From sequence record DRR378314_1978: a stretch of DNA of 37,349 bases; one strand, written 5' to 3'. A program made the translations under genes and the position numbers. The notes under the pieces are model-generated. The model was given only the letters and a program-made list of their open reading frames with translations, was not told the DNA's origin and ran no database searches. Positions 17,284-25,893 of this stretch are shown one piece after another (within the stretch, counting starts at the first letter, position 1; each line of letters starts with the position of its first letter).

Positions 17284-18738
17284 TTAAACACCCGTTGCCG
17301 GTATACCCGTCCGCTCAACCGGTCGAGGCGCTGTTAGCTCTTTCCATGTACTCAAGGCCTTGTTCACATGGGTATTAGCCTCACGCGCCACGAACTTCCC
17401 GTGCCCTTCCTGTGTCTGGATCTCGCCATCATACACAGCCACGTTGCCACGGGTCAGCGTGAAACGTGGCAGCCCGCGCACCTCTTTGCCCTCGAAAACA
17501 TTGTAGTCGATCGACGACTGTTGCGTCTCCGCCGAGATCACCTTGGCCTTGTCTGGATCCCAAACCACCAGATCCGCATCCGCGCCCACCAAAATTGCAC
17601 CTTTTTTCGGATAACAATTCAATATCTTGGCGATATTTGTTGAAGTAACCGCCACGAACTCGTTCGGTGTCAATCGCCCAGTGTTTACCCCATGGGTCCA
17701 AAGCATCGGCATCCGATCCTCCAACCCTCCTGTCCCGTTCGGGATCTTGGTAAAGTCGCCTACGCCATAGCGTTTCTGCTCGGTCGTGAACGCACAATGA
17801 TCCGTGGCCACGACGCTCAGCGATCCCGATTGCAGACCATTCCACAAGCTGTCTTGATGCTGCTTGTTCCGGAACGGGGGGCTCATAACCCGTCGCGCTG
17901 CGTGCTCCCAATCGTGATGAAAGTATTCGCTCTCATCCAGAGTCAGGTGCTGGATCAGGGGTTCCCCCCAAACACGCTTGCCCTGCATCTTGGCGCGCCG
18001 AATGGCTTCATGCGCCTCTTCGCAGGACGTATGCACAACATACAGTGGCACACCCGCCATGTCGGCAATCATAATCGCCCGATTGGTCGCCTCACCCTCG
18101 ACCTGCGGCGGACGGGAATAGGCATGCGCTTCGGGCCCGGTATTCCCCTCAGCAAGCAGCTTGGCACTCAGCTCCGCCACCACATCGCCGTTCTCGGCAT
18201 GCACCATCGCGGTGCCGCCCAGTTCGGCCAAACGTTTGAACGAGGAAAACAATTCATCATCATTCACCATCAGCGCGCCTTTATAGGCCATGAAATGCTT
18301 GAACGTGTTGATACCGCGCGACTCAATGACAGTTTTGATGTCATCAAATACCTGTTCTCCCCACCACGTCACCGCCATGTGGAACGAATAATCACAATTC
18401 GCCCGCGTCGATTTGTTGTCCCAGCGCTTCAGCGCATCCAACAAGCTCTCTCCCGGATTGGGCAGCGCGAAATCCACAACCATCGTGGTTCCACCCGCCA
18501 ACGCAGCCCGCGTACCGCTTTCGAAATCGTCGCTGGAGTACGTTCCCATGAACGGCATTTCTAAGTGCGTATGTGGATCAATCCCACCCGGCATGACATA
18601 ACAACCGGTCGCATCCAATTCCTTGTCGCCGCGCAGGTCAGGCCCGATCTCAGCGATCACCCCATTCTCAACCTTCACATCTGCCTTATAGGTCAGATCA
18701 GCGGTAACAACGGTTCCGTTCTTGATCACAGTGCTCAT
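17284..18738 (-). CDS. hydA: Dihydropyrimidinase
   Basis: PGGIDPHTH, FKHFMAYK, VHAENG, VMSPP, ATDHC, IPNGTGG. Confidence 0.95.
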   Translation of the reverse strand: MSTVIKNGTVVTADLTYKADVKVENGVIAEIGPDLRGDKELDATGCYVMPGGIDPHTHLEMPFMGTYSSDDFESGTRAALAGGTTMVVDFALPNPGESLLDALKRWDNKSTRANCDYSFHMAVTWWGEQVFDDIKTVIESRGINTFKHFMAYKGALMVNDDELFSSFKRLAELGGTAMVHAENGDVVAELSAKLLAEGNTGPEAHAYSRPPQVEGEATNRAIMIADMAGVPLYVVHTSCEEAHEAIRRAKMQGKRVWGEPLIQHLTLDESEYFHHDWEHAARRVMSPPFRNKQHQDSLWNGLQSGSLSVVATDHCAFTTEQKRYGVGDFTKIPNGTGGLEDRMPMLWTHGVNTGRLTPNEFVAVTSTNIAKILNCYPKKGAILVGADADLVVWDPDKAKVISAETQQSSIDYNVFEGKEVRGLPRFTLTRGNVAVYDGEIQTQEGHGKFVAREANTHVNKALSTWKELTAPRPVERTGIPATGV

Positions 18739-18770
18739 TTTAAACTCCCTGATGCGGTCTGCGCCGCTCG

Positions 18771-18831
18771 CTTCATCTGGCTAAAAATACCTCGGGGGAG
18801 TCGCCCATCGGGCGACGGGGGCAGAGCCCCC
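18771..18831. repeat. Intergenic palindromic repeat element (REP/MITE-like)
   Basis: CTTCATCTGGCTAAAAATACCTCGGG followed by hairpins GTCGCCC-ATC-GGGCGAC and GGGGG-CAGAG-CCCCC; degenerate partial copies at 22505 and 34407. Confidence 0.6.
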
Positions 18832-20081
18832 TATTCCACGATCTCAGCCGTCTCAACGACCGCATGAAACAGAACGTCCGTCCCGGCTGCAGCCCAATCC
18901 TTGCTGATCTCTTCGGCCTCGTTATGGCTCAACCCATCAACACAGGGGCACATCACCATCGCGGTTGGTGCCACCCTGTTGATCCAGCAGGCATCATGCC
19001 CGGCACCCGAAATGATGTCCGTATGAGAATAGCCCAGACGCTCAGCCGCGTCGCGCACAGCCGCCACACACCCTTCGTCGAATGTCACCGGATCAAAACC
19101 GCCAACTTTTTCAAACTCGATCTCCAGCCCCATCTCATCGGCGACGTCCTTTGCCGCAACACGAAGGCGGTTCTCCATATCCGTGATCACGCCCAAATCA
19201 GGCGAGCGGAAATCGACCGTAAACACGGCCTTTCCCGGGATCACATTGCGCGAATTCGGAAAAACGTCGATATGCCCGGCGGCGCCAACAGCATGCGGCG
19301 CATGCGACCACGCGATCTCATCCACTTTCTCAAGAATACGTGCCATCGCCAAACCAGCGTTCTTGCGCATCGGCATCGGAGTCGACCCCGTATGCGCATC
19401 CTTGCCGGTCACAGTGATCTGTGTCCAGCTCAGCCCCTGGCCATGCGTAACAACACCGATATCTTTCCCTTCGGCCTCTAAGATCGGCCCTTGTTCAATA
19501 TGAAGTTCAAAGAAGGCGTGCATCTTGCGTGCGCCCACTTCCTCATCGCCCTGCCAGCCGATACGCTTCAGTTCATCGCCGAATGTCTTCCCTTCTGCGT
19601 CCTCGCGATCATAGGCCCAATCCTGCGTATGCATCCCTGCAAACACACCCGAAGACAACATCGCAGGAGCGTATCGCGTACCCTCTTCATTGGTCCAGTT
19701 GGTCGCCACAACAGGGTGCTTGGTCTTGATTCCCAAATCGTTGAGGGTTCGGATGATCTCCAGCCCGCCTAGAACACCCAACACGCCGTCATATTTGCCG
19801 CCGGTGGGCTGCGTATCCAGATGCGATCCTACATAAACCGGCAAAGCCTGCGGGTCCGTGCCTTCACGATGGGCGAACATATTCCCCATCTGATCCACCC
19901 CCATCGAGCAGCCCGCATCTTCGCACCATCTCTGAAACAATGCGCGCCCTTCAGCATCTTCATCAGTCAGGGTTTGGCGGTTGTTCCCGCCTGCCACACC
20001 AGGCCCGATCTTGGCCATCTCCATCAGGCTCTCCCATAGCCTGTCGCCATTGATCCTGAGATTCTGAGCCGGAGCTGCCAT
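18831..20081 (-). CDS. pydC: N-carbamoyl-beta-alanine amidohydrolase (beta-ureidopropionase), M20 Zn hydrolase
   Basis: GSHLDTQPTGGKYDG, WTNEEG, ELHIEQGP, SGAGHDA, SHNEAE; upstream of hydA. Confidence 0.88.
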   Translation of the reverse strand: MAAPAQNLRINGDRLWESLMEMAKIGPGVAGGNNRQTLTDEDAEGRALFQRWCEDAGCSMGVDQMGNMFAHREGTDPQALPVYVGSHLDTQPTGGKYDGVLGVLGGLEIIRTLNDLGIKTKHPVVATNWTNEEGTRYAPAMLSSGVFAGMHTQDWAYDREDAEGKTFGDELKRIGWQGDEEVGARKMHAFFELHIEQGPILEAEGKDIGVVTHGQGLSWTQITVTGKDAHTGSTPMPMRKNAGLAMARILEKVDEIAWSHAPHAVGAAGHIDVFPNSRNVIPGKAVFTVDFRSPDLGVITDMENRLRVAAKDVADEMGLEIEFEKVGGFDPVTFDEGCVAAVRDAAERLGYSHTDIISGAGHDACWINRVAPTAMVMCPCVDGLSHNEAEEISKDWAAAGTDVLFHAVVETAEIVE

Positions 20082-20130
20082 CTTGTTCTTCCCTGTTGCT
20101 TGCGATTTAGCTCGCTTTTGGTGTCTTGAT

Positions 20131-20146
20131 TTGACCAACTGGTCAA
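20131..20146. promoter_or_regulatory. RutR/PydR operator
   Basis: Perfect TTGACCA-AC-TGGTCAA match to the RutR box, between the divergent pydC and regulator genes. Confidence 0.9.
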
Positions 20147-20250
20147 ACTCACGCTATCACGGGTTCAACATCAGTCAAGAAAATGCATGGCTTTGTTGAA
20201 AATTTCGACGTAACTGCCATGTAGCAAACCAAAAACAGGCATAGGAAAAC

Positions 20251-20859
20251 ATGCCCAAAGACCGCGCGCCAACACGGATTCAGCGAAAAAACCGGGCAGC
20301 GATTCTCGAAGCTGCGCTGAATGTGTTCTCCGCCCACGGGTATCGTGGGGCAACAGTCGACCAAATTGCGGCCGAGGCCGGGTTGAGCAAACCGAATCTG
20401 CTCTACTACTTCCCATCCAAAGAGGCGATTCACGCGGCCCTTCTGACCGGCTTGCTTGAGGTCTGGCTGGCCCCTTTGCACGAGCTGAACGAAAACGGCG
20501 AACCGTTGGAAGAGATATTGTCTTACATCCGCCGCAAACTTGAGATGAGCCGCGATCTCCCCCGCGAAAGTCGCCTGTTCGCGAATGAACTTGTTCAGGG
20601 CGCGCCGCGTATTCACGATGCGCTGTCCAGCGACCTCAAGGCACTGGTCGATGAGAAGACCGTCATTCTCACCAGATGGATGGACCAAGGCAAGATTTCA
20701 CGTGTTCATCCTTATCACTTGATTTTTTCTATCTGGGCCCTGACCCAGCACTATGCGGATTTCGACGTTCAGGTTCGTGCAATCTTGGGCGATGAGGACC
20801 CCTTTGAAGGGGCCGAACCGTTTGTCGAAACACTCTATCGGAAACTTCTGACCCTTTAA
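20251..20859 (+). CDS. rutR: TetR-family pyrimidine regulator RutR/PydR
   Basis: GLSKPNLLYYF HTH, ESRLFANE, IWALTQHYADF (RutR-type C-terminus). Confidence 0.9.
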   Translation: MPKDRAPTRIQRKNRAAILEAALNVFSAHGYRGATVDQIAAEAGLSKPNLLYYFPSKEAIHAALLTGLLEVWLAPLHELNENGEPLEEILSYIRRKLEMSRDLPRESRLFANELVQGAPRIHDALSSDLKALVDEKTVILTRWMDQGKISRVHPYHLIFSIWALTQHYADFDVQVRAILGDEDPFEGAEPFVETLYRKLLTL

Positions 20860-20871
20860 GCAAAGCTTAAC
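20856..20871 (+). promoter_or_regulatory. Candidate CtrA binding site
   Basis: TTAA-GCAAAGC-TTAAC fits TTAA-N7-TTAA, 22 nt upstream of ATG 20894. Confidence 0.55.
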
Positions 20872-20893
20872 CTTGTTGGAAAAGCTTTGTGTC

Positions 20894-21118
20894 ATGATCA
20901 TCAGCAGTCCCAACCCCGAGCGCTGGATTGCGCTACTCTTTTCTTCTCGAGCTGCACAAAAAGGTGCTGTCGTCCGCCGTTCGGTTGCATGGGTCGAACG
21001 CGAGGTCGGTCATGCCGCCTTCCAGATCGAAATCAAACGGCGCGGATATCATTTGATCCGCACCGCAATCCAATACATCGTCATTTGCCATAACGGTCCG
21101 ATCGACATCCTGTTCTAA
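20894..21118 (+). CDS. Small basic hypothetical protein (74 aa)
   Basis: ORF with WIALLFSSRAA..GAVVRR..VERE.G....E..RRGYH...QY.VICH pattern, recalled from a Rhodobacteraceae small-protein family. Confidence 0.7.
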   Translation: MIISSPNPERWIALLFSSRAAQKGAVVRRSVAWVEREVGHAAFQIEIKRRGYHLIRTAIQYIVICHNGPIDILF

Positions 21119-21165
21119 GAAAATTCGTCGAATTTTCTCATCCAAGATTTTTCGACGAAAAATCT
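21118..21165. repeat. Tandem 21-bp palindromes between convergent genes
   Basis: AGAAAATTCG-T-CGAATTTTCT (21118-21138) and AGATTTTTCG-A-CGAAAAATCT (21145-21165). Confidence 0.8.
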
Positions 21166-21169
21166 CCGC

Positions 21170-22474
21170 CTATTCCGCCGCTTTCGCCATCGGGTTGTTG
21201 GGATGTGTTGTCCAATTGGCATATTGCGGCTCAACGGTTTTGCCGGTGCGCGGATCAATCTCTCCAACATCCATCTGCACCATCGAGATACAGCCATCGA
21301 CCGGACAAACGTCCACGCAGAGATTACAGGCAACGCATTCTTCATCTATGACCTCGAACACCCGATCATCCGATATGGAAATAGCCTGATGACTGGTATC
21401 CTCGCACGCGGCAAAACACCGACCACATTTGATGCATTGATCCTGGTCGATCTTGGCCTTGGCGATATAGTTGAGGTTCAGATACTGCCAGTCGGTCACA
21501 TTGGGAACTGCGCGGCCAATCACTTCGTCGATGCTGGTATAACCCTTCTCGTCCATCCATTCTGACAAGCCAGCGGTCAGTTCATCGATGATTTTGAAAC
21601 CGTAAGTCATCGCAGCAGTGCAAACCTGAACATTCCCACACCCCAACGAGATAAACTCGGCAGCATCGCGCCATGTAGTCACACCTCCGATGCCAGAGAT
21701 TGGCATGCCATGCGTGGCTTCCGCCCGCGCAATCTCGGAGACCATCGACAAGGCAATCGGCTTTACCGCCGGGCCGCAATAGCCGCCGTGGCTGCCTTTG
21801 CCATCGATCGATGGCTCGGGGCTGAACGTGTCCAGATTGACGCTGGTGATCGAATTGATCGTGTTGATCAGCGACACCGCATCTGCACCGCCGTTCCTTG
21901 CAGCCGCCGCCGGTTTTCTAACATCTGTGATATTCGGCGTCAGCTTAACGATAACCGGGCGGTCATAATACTGTTTGCACCACCGGGTCACCATCTCGAT
22001 GTACTCAGGCACCTGCCCCACAGCTGAACCCATGCCGCGTTCGCTCATCCCGTGCGGGCAACCAAAATTCAGCTCGATCCCGTCCGCGCCGGTTTCAGCT
22101 ACGCGCGGCAGGATGGCTTTCCACGCAGCCTCTTCACAAGGCACCATGATTGAAGCGATCAGAGCGCGATCCGGATAGTCGGCCTTCACGCGGGCCATTT
22201 CCTCAAGATTCACTTCCAGCGGTCGGTCGGTGATCAGTTCAATGTTGTTGAGGCCCAGCAACCGCCGATCCGCACCATAAATGGCACCATAGCGAGGTCC
22301 GTTCACATTCACGACTGGCGGTCCTTCGGCCCCTAGTGTTTTCCACACTACGCCGCCCCATCCGGCCTCGAACGCACGACGGACGTTGTATTCCTTGTCG
22401 GTCGGCGGTGCCGAAGCCAGCCAGTATGGGTTCGGACTTGAAATTCCCAGAAAGTTAGTCGTTAAATCAGCCAT
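21170..22474 (-). CDS. preA: NAD-dependent dihydropyrimidine dehydrogenase subunit PreA
   Basis: LASAPPT, NNIELI, ELNFGCPHG, VKLTPN, GGYCGPAVKP, two C-terminal 4Fe-4S motifs. Confidence 0.95.
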   Translation of the reverse strand: MADLTTNFLGISSPNPYWLASAPPTDKEYNVRRAFEAGWGGVVWKTLGAEGPPVVNVNGPRYGAIYGADRRLLGLNNIELITDRPLEVNLEEMARVKADYPDRALIASIMVPCEEAAWKAILPRVAETGADGIELNFGCPHGMSERGMGSAVGQVPEYIEMVTRWCKQYYDRPVIVKLTPNITDVRKPAAAARNGGADAVSLINTINSITSVNLDTFSPEPSIDGKGSHGGYCGPAVKPIALSMVSEIARAEATHGMPISGIGGVTTWRDAAEFISLGCGNVQVCTAAMTYGFKIIDELTAGLSEWMDEKGYTSIDEVIGRAVPNVTDWQYLNLNYIAKAKIDQDQCIKCGRCFAACEDTSHQAISISDDRVFEVIDEECVACNLCVDVCPVDGCISMVQMDVGEIDPRTGKTVEPQYANWTTHPNNPMAKAAE

Positions 22475-22543
22475 TTATCCGGCCTCCCTGATGCAGTTCA
22501 GCATCTTCATCTTTTCACATATACGAATGGCACGACCTGCGGG

Positions 22544-23878
22544 TCACGTGGTCAGGCTGGCATGAATGTCCATCGCGGCATCCCGGCCCTCAGCCACGGC
22601 AGTTACGGTCAGGTCCTCTCCACCCGCGGCGCAATCACCACCTGCCCAGACACCGGTGACAGATGTCCGCCCGGCGCTGGTAACGGCGATCTTATTGCCG
22701 TCCAACTCCAACCCTTCTGGCGCGCCTTCCAACGTCTGCCCAATCGCCTTGAGGATCTGATCAGCCGGAACGCGGACGGTTTCGCCGGTTCCGGTCAGGC
22801 TGCCCCCAGCGCTGGTGGTGTATTCCAGCTCGATCTCAGCCGCCGATCCATTGCCATGCACAGCAACGGGTTGAACATTGGTCAGAATGCGCACCCCCTG
22901 CGAGGATGCCAGATCCTGTTCATACCGGCTTGCGCCCATTGCATCGCGCCCCCGGCGGTAGGCGATTGTCACGTGCTCGGCGCCTAGCAGCTTGGACTTC
23001 ACCGCCGCATCGACAGCGGTCATTCCGCCGCCAATCACCACGACATTACGCCCAACCGGCAACTTTGCCAGTTCATCCGCCTGCCGCACATCCGAGATAA
23101 AGTCGACAGCGTGGCGCACCCCGTCCTTGTCAGCGCCCTGCGCCCGCAGCGCATTCACTCCGGCCAAACCGATGGACAGGAAGACAGCGTCATAGTTCTG
23201 GACCAAACCATCCAGTGAGATGCCATCCCCCAGAGCCGAGCCTGTTTCGATGGCAATGCCACCGATTTTCAGCAACCAGTCGATTTCTGCTTGGGCAAAA
23301 TCGTTGGTCGATTTGTAGGCGGCAATACCGTATTCATTCAGGCCACCCGCTTTTGGCTTGCTTTCGTGAATCACCACGTCATGGCCCAACATGGCCAGGC
23401 GGTGCGCGCAGGCCAGTCCGGCCGGCCCGGCCCCGATCACTGCAACGGATTTACCTGTCGGTGCTGCGCGATCAAATGGATGCTCGCCAGCCGCCATCAA
23501 TGTGTCGGTCGCATAACGCTGCAAACGTCCAATCTCGACCGGTTTACCTTCTGCAGTTTCCCGCACGCATGCTTCTTCGCACAAGGTCTCGGTCGGGCAT
23601 ACCCGCGCGCACATGCCGCCAAGTATGTTCTGATCAAAGATCGTACGCGCCGCCGCCTGAGGTTGCGCCGCCTGTATCTGACGAATGAACAACGGAATAT
23701 CGATATCCGTCGGACAGGCCGTCACACATGGCGCGTCATAGCAGAAATAGCAGCGATCTGCGGCCACGGCAGCCTCATGCGGGGCCAGTGGTGGATGCAG
23801 ATCCGTAAAATTCGAGGTCAGCTCATCGCTGGAAAGCCGCCCAGAGACGATCCCGGGTGCCATCTGGCCCTGTGCCAT
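22544..23878 (-). CDS. preT: Dihydropyrimidine dehydrogenase subunit PreT (GltD-like)
   Basis: RCYFCYDAPC..ACP, CARVCP...CE..C, GAGPAG, GGGMTAVD; GGGAG RBS before ATG 23878. Confidence 0.92.
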   Translation of the reverse strand: MAQGQMAPGIVSGRLSSDELTSNFTDLHPPLAPHEAAVAADRCYFCYDAPCVTACPTDIDIPLFIRQIQAAQPQAAARTIFDQNILGGMCARVCPTETLCEEACVRETAEGKPVEIGRLQRYATDTLMAAGEHPFDRAAPTGKSVAVIGAGPAGLACAHRLAMLGHDVVIHESKPKAGGLNEYGIAAYKSTNDFAQAEIDWLLKIGGIAIETGSALGDGISLDGLVQNYDAVFLSIGLAGVNALRAQGADKDGVRHAVDFISDVRQADELAKLPVGRNVVVIGGGMTAVDAAVKSKLLGAEHVTIAYRRGRDAMGASRYEQDLASSQGVRILTNVQPVAVHGNGSAAEIELEYTTSAGGSLTGTGETVRVPADQILKAIGQTLEGAPEGLELDGNKIAVTSAGRTSVTGVWAGGDCAAGGEDLTVTAVAEGRDAAMDIHASLTT

Positions 23879-23935
23879 CACTCTACTCCCTGTAGATATG
23901 TTTGTTATGAGCCCTAGCTTGCCACATTCTGATTT

Positions 23936-23968
23936 TTTATCAATTGGTAAAATTTGCCAAATGGTCAA
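23936..23968. promoter_or_regulatory. Two tandem degenerate RutR/PydR operators upstream of preT
   Basis: TTTATCAATTGGTAAA (23936-23951) and TTTGCCAAATGGTCAA (23953-23968). Confidence 0.75.
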
Positions 23969-24000
23969 AAAAAAGAAAAATCCGGGCGAAAGGGCCCGAA
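23967..24000 (-). terminator. Terminator of the cupin gene
   Basis: Minus-strand TTCGGGC-N6-GCCCGGA followed by a long T-run. Confidence 0.65.
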
Positions 24001-24039
24001 TTACGATGCAATCTGCTTGTTTTTACAGTAAATTCCGTT

Positions 24040-24672
24040 TCAAATCATACCGCTCAGATGCCCAATTTTGATCCAAACGCGTGCCCCGGCCTCGCCCGCG
24101 ACCGCGGTTGAGCGTGTCCCGGGGGGCAATCGTAACCAGTCCCAGGTGCCGAATTCTTCATCCGACTCGGCAAAGCTACCCTCGATCACAAAAGCCTCAA
24201 GCCCCTTGCTGGCGTCCAGTTCAACACGCTCACCCGCAGCCCAGCTTTGTACCTGAACATAATCGTTAGGATCTCTGAACAACTCGATGTTCCCGCCTCC
24301 GTTGATCGAGCGGCGCACCTCGGTGCGGTCATCGGGATCGAACTGGTGCAGCTTGACCAGAATGGTTGCTCCTTCGCTTGCCGACGGCGTGTGCGATGAT
24401 GTTGGAGGATTGCGGACATAACTGCCTACCGGGAAATCGCCGGTTTCATCCTGGAATACGCCATCCAGAACCAGATACTCTTCGCCGCCGTCATGTGTGT
24501 GAGCCGAAAACGCACTTCCGGGTGCGAACCGCACGATCGTGGTGGCACGCGCCACCTCTTCGCCGATGCGGTCCAGCATCTTGCGCTCGACCCCGGCAGC
24601 GGGGGACGCGACCCATTCGGTCTGATCAAAATGAACGGCGACCCGCCGGGTGAAATCTGCGTTGACCCGCAT
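24040..24672 (-). CDS. ChrR-like cupin domain protein
   Basis: GVERKMLDR, HTHDGGEE, GSYVRNPP.S.H; GGAGG RBS before ATG 24672. Confidence 0.85.
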   Translation of the reverse strand: MRVNADFTRRVAVHFDQTEWVASPAAGVERKMLDRIGEEVARATTIVRFAPGSAFSAHTHDGGEEYLVLDGVFQDETGDFPVGSYVRNPPTSSHTPSASEGATILVKLHQFDPDDRTEVRRSINGGGNIELFRDPNDYVQVQSWAAGERVELDASKGLEAFVIEGSFAESDEEFGTWDWLRLPPGTRSTAVAGEAGARVWIKIGHLSGMI

Positions 24673-24825
24673 CTGCAATCCTCCTGCGTTGTTGTCACAT
24701 TACATGGGACCTGCGAACTGATTTTCAAACCGGCGACGTTTTGGGGTTTTGACGCCTTTAACAGCTTGTTGTACTCCGGGTTGAGGCAGATGCCGAATTC
24801 CGGCCCGATCAGAAAGCGCGACGAG

Positions 24826-25821
24826 ATGCAGGCAAGCCCGGCAACATTCAATATCCTCATCATTGGGCAAAACAACCGCTTGCAATACGAGGCGCTTTTG
24901 TTTGCGGCCTCGCTGCGTCACAGCTCGCCCGGCTTTAACGGGCGGCTATTTGTAGGAGTGCCGCAGCCCGGTCCGCTCTGGCCGCAGAACCCGGGCATTC
25001 AGGATCCCGAGGTGCTGGAAGCGCTACAGCATCTTGGGGCTGAGATCCTGCCCTTTGAGACACGCACTTTTGGTGCGCGCTATCCCTACGGCAACAAGAT
25101 CGAAGCATTGCTGGCGATGCCCGAGAATGAGCCCTTTGTCTTTTTTGACACCGATACGCTGATCACCGGCGAGATTGCAGACGTGCCGTTTGATTTCGAC
25201 CGCCCCGGTGCGTCGCTTCGGGTTGATGGCACTTGGCCAAAACCAACACTGTACGGGCCCGGATATGACGGCATCTGGCGCGCATTGTATGACCGGTTCG
25301 GGCTCGATTTCGAAAGCTCGCTCGATCCCAACCAGCCTGCGGGGTATTGGCGGCATTATCTGTATTTCAACGCCGGATATTTTTTCTACAAATGCCCCCG
25401 CCAGTTTGGCGAGCGGTTTCTGGACTACGCGCGCACAATCCGGGACGAGGACATTCCTGAACTGGCCGGACAGGTTTTGGACCCGTGGCTGGATCAGGTT
25501 GCATTGCCGCTGGTTATTCACTCGTTTGGTGGTGGCCGGGATGCGCTGCCCGAAGGGTTCCTGGATGGCCAGATAAGCTGCCACTATCGCCTGTTTCCGA
25601 TGCTCTATGCCCGCGAGAGTGATCATGTGGTTGAGGTGTTGGAAACCGTTGTAGCCCCGAACAAGATCAAAAAGGTCCTCAAAAGGTATGACCCGCTGAA
25701 GAAGCTGGTGATCCAGCGTAAGGGCGCGAAGATCAGGGCACTTTTTGACCAAGACAACCTGCCTGCACGCGAACAGGTCATTCGCAAGACCATCAAGTCC
25801 AAGGGGCTTTGGATGCGGTGA
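24826..25821 (+). CDS. Hypothetical protein, GT-A fold (GT8-like) glycosyltransferase candidate; start uncertain
   Basis: FFDTDT (DxD), YFNAG, LDQVAL and CHY motifs in GT8 order. Confidence 0.6.
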   Translation: MQASPATFNILIIGQNNRLQYEALLFAASLRHSSPGFNGRLFVGVPQPGPLWPQNPGIQDPEVLEALQHLGAEILPFETRTFGARYPYGNKIEALLAMPENEPFVFFDTDTLITGEIADVPFDFDRPGASLRVDGTWPKPTLYGPGYDGIWRALYDRFGLDFESSLDPNQPAGYWRHYLYFNAGYFFYKCPRQFGERFLDYARTIRDEDIPELAGQVLDPWLDQVALPLVIHSFGGGRDALPEGFLDGQISCHYRLFPMLYARESDHVVEVLETVVAPNKIKKVLKRYDPLKKLVIQRKGAKIRALFDQDNLPAREQVIRKTIKSKGLWMR

Positions 25822-25893
25822 CGTGGCCGTTGTGTGGTGCGTGGCAATGCCCTAGAGAATCATTAACAAACAACCCAACAGGAGATTTCAAAG

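Noticed and set aside
20894-21118. Calling the small ORF a phosphoribosylanthranilate isomerase, a label I recall on similar proteins
   Set aside because: 74 aa cannot form the TrpF TIM barrel and no TrpF motifs are present
25822-25893. SAM or SAM-SAH riboswitch upstream of metY
   Set aside because: The 72-nt spacer shows no aptamer consensus that I can recognise
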